A DNA stretch of 24,000 nt from Dorea formicigenerans (GCF_025150245.1 NZ_CP102279.1:841423-865422); one strand, 5' to 3'; positions 1 through 8,527 are shown, numbered from the stretch's first letter. Numbers and translations: made by a program. Notes: generated by a model from the letters alone, not told the origin.

Positions 1-2
1 TC

Positions 3-482
3 GGGGAGGGAGAAAATGTACTTTGCAGAGTCCATTCAGAATGCCTGACCGGAGATGCTTTTGGTTCTCTTCGCTGTGACTGCGGATTGCAGCTTCAGAC
101 GGCAATGCGCCAGGTGGAGGAAGAGGGAAGAGGAATCATTCTCTACATGAGACAGGAGGGAAGAGGAATCGGACTGATCAATAAAATCAAAGCATATGAA
201 CTTCAGGAACGTGGATATGATACAGTCGAGGCGAATGTTCAACTGGGATTTGCCCCAGATCTCAGAGAGTACTGGGTCGGAGCTCAGATTTTATCAGACC
301 TGGGCGTGAAATCCTTAAGACTTCTTACCAATAACCCGGATAAAGTCTATGGGCTTCAGGATTTCGGACTGGAAATTAAGGAAAGAGTACCATTAGAGAT
401 CCAGCCACAAAAATATGATCTGAATTATATGAAAACAAAACAGGAAAAAATGGGACACATTTTCAAAGAAATACAATTATAA
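3..482 (+). CDS. ribBA: Bifunctional 3,4-dihydroxy-2-butanone-4-phosphate synthase / GTP cyclohydrolase II, C-terminal part (5' truncated by window edge)
   Basis: The frame is open from base 3 and reads [58 protein letters not shown]. This contains the GTP cyclohydrolase II zinc-binding C(x10)CxC region and the RQEGRGIGL signature. ribH follows directly. The ORF track start at 87 is an internal TTG. Confidence 0.95.
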   Translation, partial: GEGENVLCRVHSECLTGDAFGSLRCDCGLQLQTAMRQVEEEGRGIILYMRQEGRGIGLINKIKAYELQERGYDTVEANVQLGFAPDLREYWVGAQILSDLGVKSLRLLTNNPDKVYGLQDFGLEIKERVPLEIQPQKYDLNYMKTKQEKMGHIFKEIQL

Positions 483-507
483 AAAAGAATGCAGGAGGAA
501 GAAGAAC

Positions 508-981
508 ATGAAACAGATTCAGGTAATTGAAGGAAAAGTAGTAGCACCAGAGGGAATGAAAGTCGGAATCGTAGCAGCCAGATTTAATGAAATTATTGTC
601 AATAAGTTATTAGGCGGAGCTGTTGACGGACTTGTGAGACATGGTGTAGAAGAAGAAAATATTACAGCAGCATGGGTGCCGGGAGCATTTGAAATACCAA
701 TCACAGCGCAGAAAATGGCGCAGTCAGGAAAGTACGATGCAGTCATCTGCGTAGGTGCAGTTATTCGTGGAGATACATCTCATTATGATCTGGTATGTAA
801 CGAGTCAGCAAAAGGAATTGCACAGATCGAGCTTGCAACAGGTATTCCTGTTTTATTTGGAATCATTACAACAGAAAATATTGAACAGGCAATTGCACGT
901 GCCGGAAGTAAAGCTGGAAATAAAGGTTATGATTGTGCGTTATCAGCAATTGAGATGGTGAATCTGATAAAACAGTTATAA
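508..981 (+). CDS. ribH: 6,7-dimethyl-8-ribityllumazine synthase
   Basis: 157 aa with lumazine synthase features ([54 protein letters not shown]). RBS aggaggaagaa upstream; follows ribBA. Confidence 0.96.
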   Translation: MKQIQVIEGKVVAPEGMKVGIVAARFNEIIVNKLLGGAVDGLVRHGVEEENITAAWVPGAFEIPITAQKMAQSGKYDAVICVGAVIRGDTSHYDLVCNESAKGIAQIELATGIPVLFGIITTENIEQAIARAGSKAGNKGYDCALSAIEMVNLIKQL

Positions 982-1071
982 AATTTGACTTTTATTCTTA
1001 TACAAAGTAAAATAAACTATGTATGTCTTTTTAAAGATGTACATAGTTTATTTGTTTATTGGAGAATGAAA

Positions 1072-2070
1072 ATGTTTGAAAAGAATAAAGAAAAAATGAA
1101 GGAAAAAATGGAGCCGGATAAAGTGCTTCGTTTTGCGATTGTTGCGGTAATCCTCTTGTTTTTGATCGGTGCGCTGATTATTGGAACACGAATGATGAAT
1201 CCGCGAGTGGATGCAACAGAAGGAGTAAAGAAACTGACAGAACTGGAAGATGCCAATGTTCAGAAGATTGATGCCAAGATTCAGGAATTAGAGCAGACAG
1301 AAGCAGATGAGGCGGCAGCGTGGAAAGCAAAGTCTGCAAAAGAAAAAATGGATGGCTGCATTGTGCTTGGCGACAGTACTGCACTTGGCTTCAGACAGAA
1401 TGACATCTTGAGTAAGTCGCAGGTGAAGTCAAAGGATGGAGCAACGGTCAGCGATGCGGAAGGTTCCGGATTAAATGAGCTTTTGACAGCCGTAACAGAA
1501 GCAGAGACTGCACCACAGAAGCTTATCCTCTGTATCGGAAGAGGAGATGTAGCAGTCAGTGGAGAGACAGCGGATGCATTTGCAGCGAATTACAAAAGCT
1601 TTGTTGAGCAGGTGAAAGCAGCATTGCCGGATACGAAAGTTTATGTATGCAGTATCCCGGCATACCTGTCACTGACAAGTACAGGTGATGAGACAGGTTC
1701 AGCCGATTCAGATACTGATTCAGATTCAGATACTGATTCAGATTCAGATGCTAAAGATACAACTGACAACTCGGATCTTAAGAGCAGTACAGATTCTAAG
1801 AGCAGCACAGATTCTAAGAGCAATAGTGATAGTGATACATCATCAGATGATAGTAGTTTGTCCAAGATGAGTACCGCGCTGGATGTAACTTCATACAATG
1901 AAGCTTTGAAGGCTCTTTGTAAGGAAGAAAAAGTGAAATATGTAGACACAACAGATCTTACGGACGCTTCTTATTATGGGGAGGACGGAAGTACAATGAC
2001 AAAAGCCTATTATGAGGCTTGTATTAATAAAATTCTGGAGGCAGCGTTTAGAAATTATGTTATTCAATAG
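1072..2070 (+). CDS. Membrane-anchored SGNH/GDSL-like protein with internal Ser/Asp-rich insert; probable partner of the downstream MBOAT protein
   Basis: The open frame spans 985-2070. ATG 1072 (ggag at 1061-1064) or ATG 1066 are the likely starts. One N-terminal TM (FAIVAVILLFLIGALIIG), block-I-like IVLGDSTALGF, a later KVYVCSIPAY strand, a Ser/Asp repeat insert, then NEALKALCKEEKVKYVDTTDL...EDGSTMTKAYYEACINKI. Confidence 0.6.
   Translation: MFEKNKEKMKEKMEPDKVLRFAIVAVILLFLIGALIIGTRMMNPRVDATEGVKKLTELEDANVQKIDAKIQELEQTEADEAAAWKAKSAKEKMDGCIVLGDSTALGFRQNDILSKSQVKSKDGATVSDAEGSGLNELLTAVTEAETAPQKLILCIGRGDVAVSGETADAFAANYKSFVEQVKAALPDTKVYVCSIPAYLSLTSTGDETGSADSDTDSDSDTDSDSDAKDTTDNSDLKSSTDSKSSTDSKSNSDSDTSSDDSSLSKMSTALDVTSYNEALKALCKEEKVKYVDTTDLTDASYYGEDGSTMTKAYYEACINKILEAAFRNYVIQ
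1705..1824 (+). repeat. Two in-frame 18-bp tandem repeat blocks encoding the Ser/Asp-rich insert
   Basis: gattcagatactgattca at 1705-1722 and 1723-1740 plus a partial copy from 1741. agcagtacagattctaag (1783-1800) and agcagcacagattctaag (1801-1818) followed by a degenerate copy. Confidence 0.9.
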
Positions 2071-4393
2071 TATCGCATTTATATGTGTATTTTTACCAGT
2101 TATTTTCATATTGTATTATCTGCTTCCGGGAAAGATAAAAGACATTGCCCTGGTTGCAGGGGGAGCAGTTTTTTTTGCATGGGGAGCCCCGGTCAATCTG
2201 GTCGTTCTGGCATTTTTTATATTGTTTAATTATGCTGTAGGAATTCAGATGGAAGGCTACATGCGAAGAAGAAGGAGTACGGAGCAGTTATTTGCTGGAA
2301 GCATACTGATTAATATTATAGTATATGTGTTCTTTGCATTTATCGGACAACGCGTGGGCTTTATTTCGGAAGTGCCGGTCGGAATAGGAATCTGTATCTT
2401 ACAGGTGCTTTCTTATCTGATTGAGATTCACCGGGGAAATGTAAAGGCTCAGAAAAGTATTCTGGATTTTGCTGTTTACATAGCAATGTTTCCGTTGTTC
2501 CTGGCAGGACCGGTCGTAAAATATCCGCAGATCCGAAAGGAATTAAAGACTCGCAAATTGTCCTGGGCAAAGGCTGGCGAAGGAATTGCTTTATTTGTAT
2601 GTGGTTTTGCAAAGAAAGTTATCATTGCAGATTACCTGGCAGATTCATTCACCAAGATCATGTCTTTGAAGGCAGGCGAGTTGTCTGTGTTTGGTGCATG
2701 GCTGGGATGTGCAACCTTCATGTTCCAGATTTACTTTGCGTTCAGTGGATATTGTGATATGGCAGTGGGACTTTGCAGAATGCTTGGATTTGATGTGAAG
2801 AAAAATTTCCGCTATCCATATGTAGCACGTAACATAACAACATTTGTACGACGTTTTAACAGCTCTGTTTTTGCATGGTTCTGGGATTACATCTGTGAAC
2901 CACTCTGGGGCGGCTGGCTTGGAACACTTGTATCCGGAATTCTGATGGGACTTTGGTATGCAGGTATGTGGAAGAATGCACCGTGGCAGGTAACGGTCAC
3001 AGGTGGATTGCTCTGGGGTATCTACCTTGCATTCTGGCAGATCGTGGAGCGTTATGCATTGCCATTTTTAAAGAGATTACCACCTGTGCTTGGACAGATT
3101 TATACATGGTTTTTCACAGCGCTTGGCTGGGTATTTTTCTTCGGTAAGACACCGGCAGCGTCATTTGGTTATCTGAAAGTGATGTTTGGATTTGGCGGAG
3201 GCGATGTGGTTGGTATCATGGGAAGATATCTTTTCCTTGGAAATGTGCTCGTTCTTGTAGTGGCATTTCTTGCAAGTACACCACTTCCGAATCTTATCTG
3301 GAAGAAGATTCTGGTATTTGGAAAGAAAGATAAAAAAGAAAAGAATAAAAAACGTCTGGAGCGAGGCAGAAGTGCAGTATTTGTATTCGCAGCCGTGATT
3401 ATGATCCTGTGTCTTGTGAATGTGACAGGAGCAGGAAGGACATTTTTCAAAGAGACGGTGAAAGATACCCAGGCGAAACTGGATACAGTTCTTGGAAGAC
3501 GGGACGTGAACGGTGTGTACCGAGGAAAGAACCAGTATCTTCTGGCGGATATTAACAAGCTGGATGAAAAGAAGATTCAGGCAAATGTGGACGCGATTAC
3601 AGCGCTTGCCGAGGATTATTCCGATGTGCCGATGTATATGGCACTGATTCCGGATGCTGCAAATGTATGGGCAGATAAGCTTCCTTCTTATGCTCCGGTG
3701 GAAGATCAGACAGTGCAGATTGCACAGATTCAGAGCATGCTTGGAGACAGTGTGAACTGGATTGATGCACAAGGTGTTCTAAATGCGAATAAAGATAAGG
3801 AAATTTATTACCACACAGATTCCCGCTGGACAACGCTTGGAGCTAGTCTTGTATGGCAGCAGATTGCTTCAGATCTGGGGCTTGACACTTCGAAAGCACC
3901 GGCTTTAAAACCTTATGTAGTGACCGGTGATTTCAGTGGAAATCTTTCCCGAACAAGTGGATTTGAAAGTGGATACCGTGAACCGATTTACGCATATTTA
4001 ACGGAAAATGCTTCCGACAACACGCAGATGGTGGCAAGTTATGAGTCTGAGGGCATAAAGACAGCAGAGCTTTATGACCGTACAAAACTGGACGAACCTG
4101 ATGCGTATGAAGTATTTCTCGGTGGAGATTATGATAAAATAGATATCCGCACGACAGCAGACAGCACGGACCGGCTGCTTCTGGTGAAGGATTCCTTTGC
4201 AGACTGTATGATTCCATTTTTAATTCCATATTACAGGGAGATCATCGTGGTAGATGCAGATTATTATCAGAAGCATGTGTCGGATCTGTTAGATAAGAAT
4301 AAAATTACAAGTGTGCTGTTTTTGTACGATTGCAATAATTTTGTACAGGATGACAAGCTGAGTAGTATTTTGACAACGGATAAGGCAGAATAG
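2057..4393 (+). CDS. MBOAT (DltB/AlgI-like) membrane protein fused to a C-terminal DHHW/AlgX-like extracytoplasmic domain
   Basis: The likely start is MLFNSIAFICVFLPVIFILYYLLP. MBOAT hallmarks include FPLFLAGPVVKYPQI, GFAKKVIIADYLAD, YFAFSGYCDMAVGLCRMLGFDVKKNFRYPYVARNITTFVRRF and a GLWYAGMW equivalent of GLWHG. The C-terminal soluble region has YYHTDSRWTTLGA and LLLVKDSFADCMIPFLIPYYREIIVVDADYY, which are typical of DHHW proteins. Overlaps the upstream CDS by 14 nt. Confidence 0.8.
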   Translation: MLFNSIAFICVFLPVIFILYYLLPGKIKDIALVAGGAVFFAWGAPVNLVVLAFFILFNYAVGIQMEGYMRRRRSTEQLFAGSILINIIVYVFFAFIGQRVGFISEVPVGIGICILQVLSYLIEIHRGNVKAQKSILDFAVYIAMFPLFLAGPVVKYPQIRKELKTRKLSWAKAGEGIALFVCGFAKKVIIADYLADSFTKIMSLKAGELSVFGAWLGCATFMFQIYFAFSGYCDMAVGLCRMLGFDVKKNFRYPYVARNITTFVRRFNSSVFAWFWDYICEPLWGGWLGTLVSGILMGLWYAGMWKNAPWQVTVTGGLLWGIYLAFWQIVERYALPFLKRLPPVLGQIYTWFFTALGWVFFFGKTPAASFGYLKVMFGFGGGDVVGIMGRYLFLGNVLVLVVAFLASTPLPNLIWKKILVFGKKDKKEKNKKRLERGRSAVFVFAAVIMILCLVNVTGAGRTFFKETVKDTQAKLDTVLGRRDVNGVYRGKNQYLLADINKLDEKKIQANVDAITALAEDYSDVPMYMALIPDAANVWADKLPSYAPVEDQTVQIAQIQSMLGDSVNWIDAQGVLNANKDKEIYYHTDSRWTTLGASLVWQQIASDLGLDTSKAPALKPYVVTGDFSGNLSRTSGFESGYREPIYAYLTENASDNTQMVASYESEGIKTAELYDRTKLDEPDAYEVFLGGDYDKIDIRTTADSTDRLLLVKDSFADCMIPFLIPYYREIIVVDADYYQKHVSDLLDKNKITSVLFLYDCNNFVQDDKLSSILTTDKAE

Positions 4394-4422
4394 GAACTGC
4401 AAAGTAATTGGAGTGTTAGTAA

Positions 4423-5163
4423 ATGATAAGATTAAATAAATACCTCAGTGAGGCAGGTGTCTGCTCCAGAAGAGAGGCGGACCGTCTCATAGAGGCGGGA
4501 CGTGTGACGGTGGATGGTGTACGGGCTGTACCGGGCATGAAAGTGTCAGAGGAGCAGAAAATCTGTGTCGGGAAAAAAGTGATCCAGGGTGCAGAACAGA
4601 AGGTTGTTCTGGCAGTCAACAAACCGGCAGGTATCGTGTGTACCGGGGATATGAAAGTGAAAAATAATATCATACGTTTCCTGCATTATCCGGTGCGCGT
4701 AACCTATGCAGGAAGACTGGATAAAGATTCGGAAGGCCTCCTTATTATGACAAATGATGGAGAACTGATCAACAGTATGATGCGGGCGAGATATCATCAT
4801 GAAAAGGAATATCATGTCCGCGTGGATAAAGAAATTACTTCAGAATTTGTGCGGCAGATGTCAGAGGGTGTGCATATACAGGACGTGGAAAAGAATCTGG
4901 ATGCGGTAACAAGACCATGTGAGGTAAAGCAGATTGGAAAGTACACATTTTCCATTATTCTGACACAGGGGCTGAACCGTCAGATCCGGAGAATGTGCGA
5001 AGCACTTGGATATAAAGTGACAAAGCTTGTAAGAATAAGAATTATGAATGTAGAACTGGGAAGCTTAAAGAGTGGAGCAGTGCGAAAAATAGAAGGACAG
5101 GAGTTAAAGAAGCTATATGAACAGGCAGGAACGCATGAAGGAACTGGTGGAGCTTTTGAATAA
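4423..5163 (+). CDS. 23S rRNA pseudouridine synthase, RluB/RluF type (S4 domain plus RsuA family catalytic domain)
   Basis: N-terminal S4 domain (MIRLNKYLSEAGVCSRREADRLIEAGRVTVDG), NKPAGIVCT, catalytic motif AGRLDKDSEGLLIMTNDG, EKEYHVRV, LTQGLNRQIRRMCEALGYKVTKLVRIRI. Confidence 0.93.
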   Translation: MIRLNKYLSEAGVCSRREADRLIEAGRVTVDGVRAVPGMKVSEEQKICVGKKVIQGAEQKVVLAVNKPAGIVCTGDMKVKNNIIRFLHYPVRVTYAGRLDKDSEGLLIMTNDGELINSMMRARYHHEKEYHVRVDKEITSEFVRQMSEGVHIQDVEKNLDAVTRPCEVKQIGKYTFSIILTQGLNRQIRRMCEALGYKVTKLVRIRIMNVELGSLKSGAVRKIEGQELKKLYEQAGTHEGTGGAFE

Positions 5164-7078
5164 AGCATCAAAAGCATATTATCAAGACGCAGAAGAAATC
5201 ATGAGCAACTATGAGTACGACAAGCTTTATGATGAACTTCAGGAATTGGAGCGTGAGCTAGGGATCACACTTTCCAACAGTCCGACGGTGCGAGTCGGAT
5301 ATGAAGTGGTCAGTGAACTCCCAAAAGAACGGCATGAAAGCCCAATGCTTTCTTTGGACAAGACGAAAGATGTAGAGGAATTAAAGAATTTTGTGGGAGA
5401 TCAGAAGGCACTGATGTCCTGGAAAATGGACGGACTTACCATTGTTCTGACTTACCGGGGCGGACATCTTTTTAAGGCAGTCACTCGTGGAAATGGAGAA
5501 GTAGGCGAGGTCATCACAAACAATGCAAAAGTCTTTAAAAATGTACCGCTTCAGATCAGCTATCAAGGTGAGCTGATACTGCGCGGCGAAGCAGTGATCG
5601 GCTATAAAGATTTTGAGAAGATTAATGAACAGATTCAGGAAGCAGAAGCCAAATATAAAAATCCGCGTAATCTCTGCAGTGGTTCTGTACGCCAGCTGAA
5701 CAGTGAGATTACAGCAAAAAGAAATGTAAAATTCTATGCATTTACACTGGTCAGTGCAAAAGATGTGGATTTCCACAATTCCAGAGCCTGTCAGATGGAA
5801 TGGCTGAAAGAGCAGGGATTTGAAGTAGTAGAATACCACGAAGTAATAAGAGACACAGTAGAGGCGGAAGTTATTAAATTTTCAGAAAAAATTGCCGAGA
5901 ACGATTTCCCGTCCGACGGACTTGTGTTAGTATATGATGATATAGCGTATGGAAGATCACTGGGGCGGACGTCTAAGTTTCCACGAGATTCATTTGCATT
6001 TAAATGGGCTGATGAGATTCGCCAGACAAAGCTTTTGGAGATTGAGTGGAGTCCATCTAGAACAGGACTCATCAATCCGGTCGCTATCTTTGAACCGGTG
6101 GAGCTGGAGGGAACGACAGTGAGCCGTGCTAGTGTCCACAACATCAGTATTATGGAAGAACTGGAACTTGGTGTGGGGGATGAGATTGAAGTTTATAAGG
6201 CTAATATGATCATTCCGCAGATTGCACAGAATCTGACAAGAAGTGGTGTGAAAGATATTCCAAAAGTCTGTCCGGTCTGTGGCGGCAAGACAGAGATTCG
6301 CCAGGTCAGCAATGCAAAAGCACTGTATTGTACCAATCCGGAATGTCAGGCAAAGCATGTCAAAGCATTTGCACTTTTTGCGAGCCGTGACGCTTTGAAT
6401 ATTGAAGGTTTGTCAGAGGCAACGCTGGAGAAGTTTATTGACCGTGGATTTATAAAGGAATTCACAGACATTTTCCATTTGGATAAATGGCAGGAAGAGA
6501 TTCAGACTATGGAAGGTTTTGGAGAAAAATCCTACAAGAACCTGATCGCAAATGTGGAGAAAGCAAAAGTGACGACACTTCCGAAAGTAATCTATGCACT
6601 TGGAATTCCGGGAATTGGTCTTGCAAATGCGAAGGTCATCTGCAGAGAATTTTCCGGTGATGTGGATCGTATGATTCATGCTACTGCAGAAGAACTTGCA
6701 GAGATTCAGGGAGTAGGCGAAGTACTTGCCGGCGCATTTGTAACTTATTTTCAGGATGAGAAGCATGTAGAAAGCTTAAAGCGACTGATTGCAGAGCTTG
6801 AGATTCCAAAGGAAGAAGAATCAGAGAGTCAACAGATCTTTGCCGGAGTGAACTTTGTTATTACCGGAAGTGTGGAACATTTTGCAAACAGAGGAGAGGT
6901 CAAGGAACTGATTGAGAGCCTGGGAGGAAAAGTTACGGGATCTGTCACTTCCAAAACAAATTACCTAATCAATAATGATGTGACATCGACTTCATCAAAG
7001 AATAAAAAAGCAAACGAACTGGGAGTTCCGATTATTTCGGAGGAGCAGTTCATTAAGATGGTAGAGGAACAAAAGTAG
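5117..7078 (+). CDS. ligA: NAD-dependent DNA ligase (divergent LigA)
   Basis: AYYQDAEEIMSNYEYDKLYDEL, active-site KMDG, TRGNGEVGE, LRGEAV, NPRNLCSGSVRQLN, four-Cys zinc finger CPVCGGKTEIRQVSNAKALYCTNPEC, HhH repeats and a C-terminal BRCT (VNFVITGSVEHFANRGEVKELIESLGGKVTGSVTSKTNYLI). The start may be ATG 5117 or ATG 5135. Confidence 0.93.
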   Translation: MNRQERMKELVELLNKASKAYYQDAEEIMSNYEYDKLYDELQELERELGITLSNSPTVRVGYEVVSELPKERHESPMLSLDKTKDVEELKNFVGDQKALMSWKMDGLTIVLTYRGGHLFKAVTRGNGEVGEVITNNAKVFKNVPLQISYQGELILRGEAVIGYKDFEKINEQIQEAEAKYKNPRNLCSGSVRQLNSEITAKRNVKFYAFTLVSAKDVDFHNSRACQMEWLKEQGFEVVEYHEVIRDTVEAEVIKFSEKIAENDFPSDGLVLVYDDIAYGRSLGRTSKFPRDSFAFKWADEIRQTKLLEIEWSPSRTGLINPVAIFEPVELEGTTVSRASVHNISIMEELELGVGDEIEVYKANMIIPQIAQNLTRSGVKDIPKVCPVCGGKTEIRQVSNAKALYCTNPECQAKHVKAFALFASRDALNIEGLSEATLEKFIDRGFIKEFTDIFHLDKWQEEIQTMEGFGEKSYKNLIANVEKAKVTTLPKVIYALGIPGIGLANAKVICREFSGDVDRMIHATAEELAEIQGVGEVLAGAFVTYFQDEKHVESLKRLIAELEIPKEEESESQQIFAGVNFVITGSVEHFANRGEVKELIESLGGKVTGSVTSKTNYLINNDVTSTSSKNKKANELGVPIISEEQFIKMVEEQK

Positions 7079-7096
7079 GAAAGAAGGGAAAGAACC

Positions 7097-8527
7097 ATGT
7101 CTGAACAGGATTATGTAGATACAATTGATAACAACGATAATAATAGCAATGACAATCATAACGATGATGAATATGAGAAAGTCTGCTTTGTCTGCCACAG
7201 ACCAGAGAGTGTGGCTGGAAAGATGATCAATCTTCCGAACAATATGTGTGTGTGCAATGACTGTATGCAAAAGAGTTTTGATGCTATGAATAATATGAAC
7301 TTCGGTGGTGCGATTGATTATAGCCAGCTTATGAATATGCCGGGAGTTCAGTTCTTAAATATTGATGATATGAGCCAGCAGATTCCAAAGCAGCAGCGCG
7401 TGAAGAAGAAAAAAGAAGGCGAGAAGGCAACGCCGCTCGTTGACATTCATAACCTTCCGGCACCGCATAAGATCAAGGCGAGCCTGGACGAGTATGTAGT
7501 CGGACAGGAATATGCCAAGAAAGTGATGTCTGTTGCTGTATACAACCATTACAAGCGTGTGGCAACGGATTCTATGGACGACATTGAGATTGAGAAATCT
7601 AACATGCTGATGATTGGACCTACAGGTTCCGGTAAGACTTATCTTGTCAAGACGCTGGCAAGAATTCTGGATGTGCCGCTTGCGATTACAGATGCTACAT
7701 CTCTGACGGAAGCAGGTTATATTGGAGATGATATCGAAAGCGTTGTATCCAAGCTTCTGGCAGCAGCGGATAACGATGTGGAAAAAGCAGAACAGGGAAT
7801 CATTTTTATTGATGAGATTGATAAGATTGCAAAAAAGAAAAATGCGAGTCAGCGTGATGTCAGTGGAGAGTCCGTACAGCAGGGAATGCTGAAGCTTTTA
7901 GAAGGAAGCGAAGTGGAAGTTCCGGTTGGAGCTAATAGTAAAAATGCGATGGTTCCGCTCACAACAGTCAATACAAAGAACATTTTATTTATCTGTGGAG
8001 GAGCATTTCCGGATCTGGACAGCATCATCAAAGAGAGACTTACAAAGCAGTCTGCAATTGGATTTGGCGCAGATCTGAAAGATAAATATGATCATGATAA
8101 GAAGATTCTTGAGAAGGTAACAACAGAAGATCTTAGAAACTTTGGTATGATCCCGGAGTTCCTGGGACGACTTCCGGTAGTCTTTACATTACAGGGACTC
8201 ACAGAAGATATGTATGTGAAGATTCTGGAGGAGCCAAAGAATGCAATTCTGAAGCAGTATCAGAAACTTCTTGCACTGGATGAAGTGAAGCTCGATTTCA
8301 CAGAAGGTGCATTACGTGCAATTGCGAAAAAGGCAATGGAGAAGGATACAGGAGCGAGAGCCCTTCGTGCGATTATCGAAGAATTTATGCTGGATATCAT
8401 GTATGAAATCCCGAAAGATGACAGCATTGGTCAAGTGACGATTACACAGGAGTACATAGAAAATACTGGTGGTCCGATTATTACACTGAGAGGGCAGGAA
8501 GTGCCGAGATTAGAAAGTCAGGCATAG
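7097..8527 (+). CDS. clpX: ATP-dependent Clp protease ATP-binding subunit ClpX-type ATPase with Asn/Asp-rich N-terminal extension
   Basis: C4 zinc domain (CFVCHRPESVAGKMINLPNNMCVCNDC), Walker A GPTGSGKTYL, Walker B GIIFIDEIDKI, IGF loop (QSAIGFGADLK), GRLPVVF, EKDTGARALRAIIEEFMLDIMYEIP. Confidence 0.92.
   Translation: MSEQDYVDTIDNNDNNSNDNHNDDEYEKVCFVCHRPESVAGKMINLPNNMCVCNDCMQKSFDAMNNMNFGGAIDYSQLMNMPGVQFLNIDDMSQQIPKQQRVKKKKEGEKATPLVDIHNLPAPHKIKASLDEYVVGQEYAKKVMSVAVYNHYKRVATDSMDDIEIEKSNMLMIGPTGSGKTYLVKTLARILDVPLAITDATSLTEAGYIGDDIESVVSKLLAAADNDVEKAEQGIIFIDEIDKIAKKKNASQRDVSGESVQQGMLKLLEGSEVEVPVGANSKNAMVPLTTVNTKNILFICGGAFPDLDSIIKERLTKQSAIGFGADLKDKYDHDKKILEKVTTEDLRNFGMIPEFLGRLPVVFTLQGLTEDMYVKILEEPKNAILKQYQKLLALDEVKLDFTEGALRAIAKKAMEKDTGARALRAIIEEFMLDIMYEIPKDDSIGQVTITQEYIENTGGPIITLRGQEVPRLESQA

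Noticed and set aside
1705-1824. Possible CRISPR-like short repeats
   Set aside because: Direct tandem 18-bp units without unique spacers, located in frame inside a CDS. They are coding repeats, not CRISPR.
1641-1949. ORFs antisense (1641-1949 -) and out of frame (1685-1870 +) to the Ser/Asp repeat region
   Set aside because: Shadow frames of a tandem repeat with low-complexity translations (LLLLESVLLLESVLLL; IQIQILIQ) and no RBS. The in-frame protein explains the DNA.
3161-4229. Long antisense ORFs within the MBOAT/DHHW gene (3161-3772 -, 3933-4229 -, 3169-3558 -)
   Set aside because: Compositional shadows of a well-supported + strand gene; no recognisable motifs and no start signals.
5381-5839. 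152-aa antisense ORF inside ligA, plus similar antisense ORFs within ligA (5990-6358, 6413-6766)
   Set aside because: Fully contained in ligA, Phe/Cys/His-rich shadow composition and no homology-like motifs.
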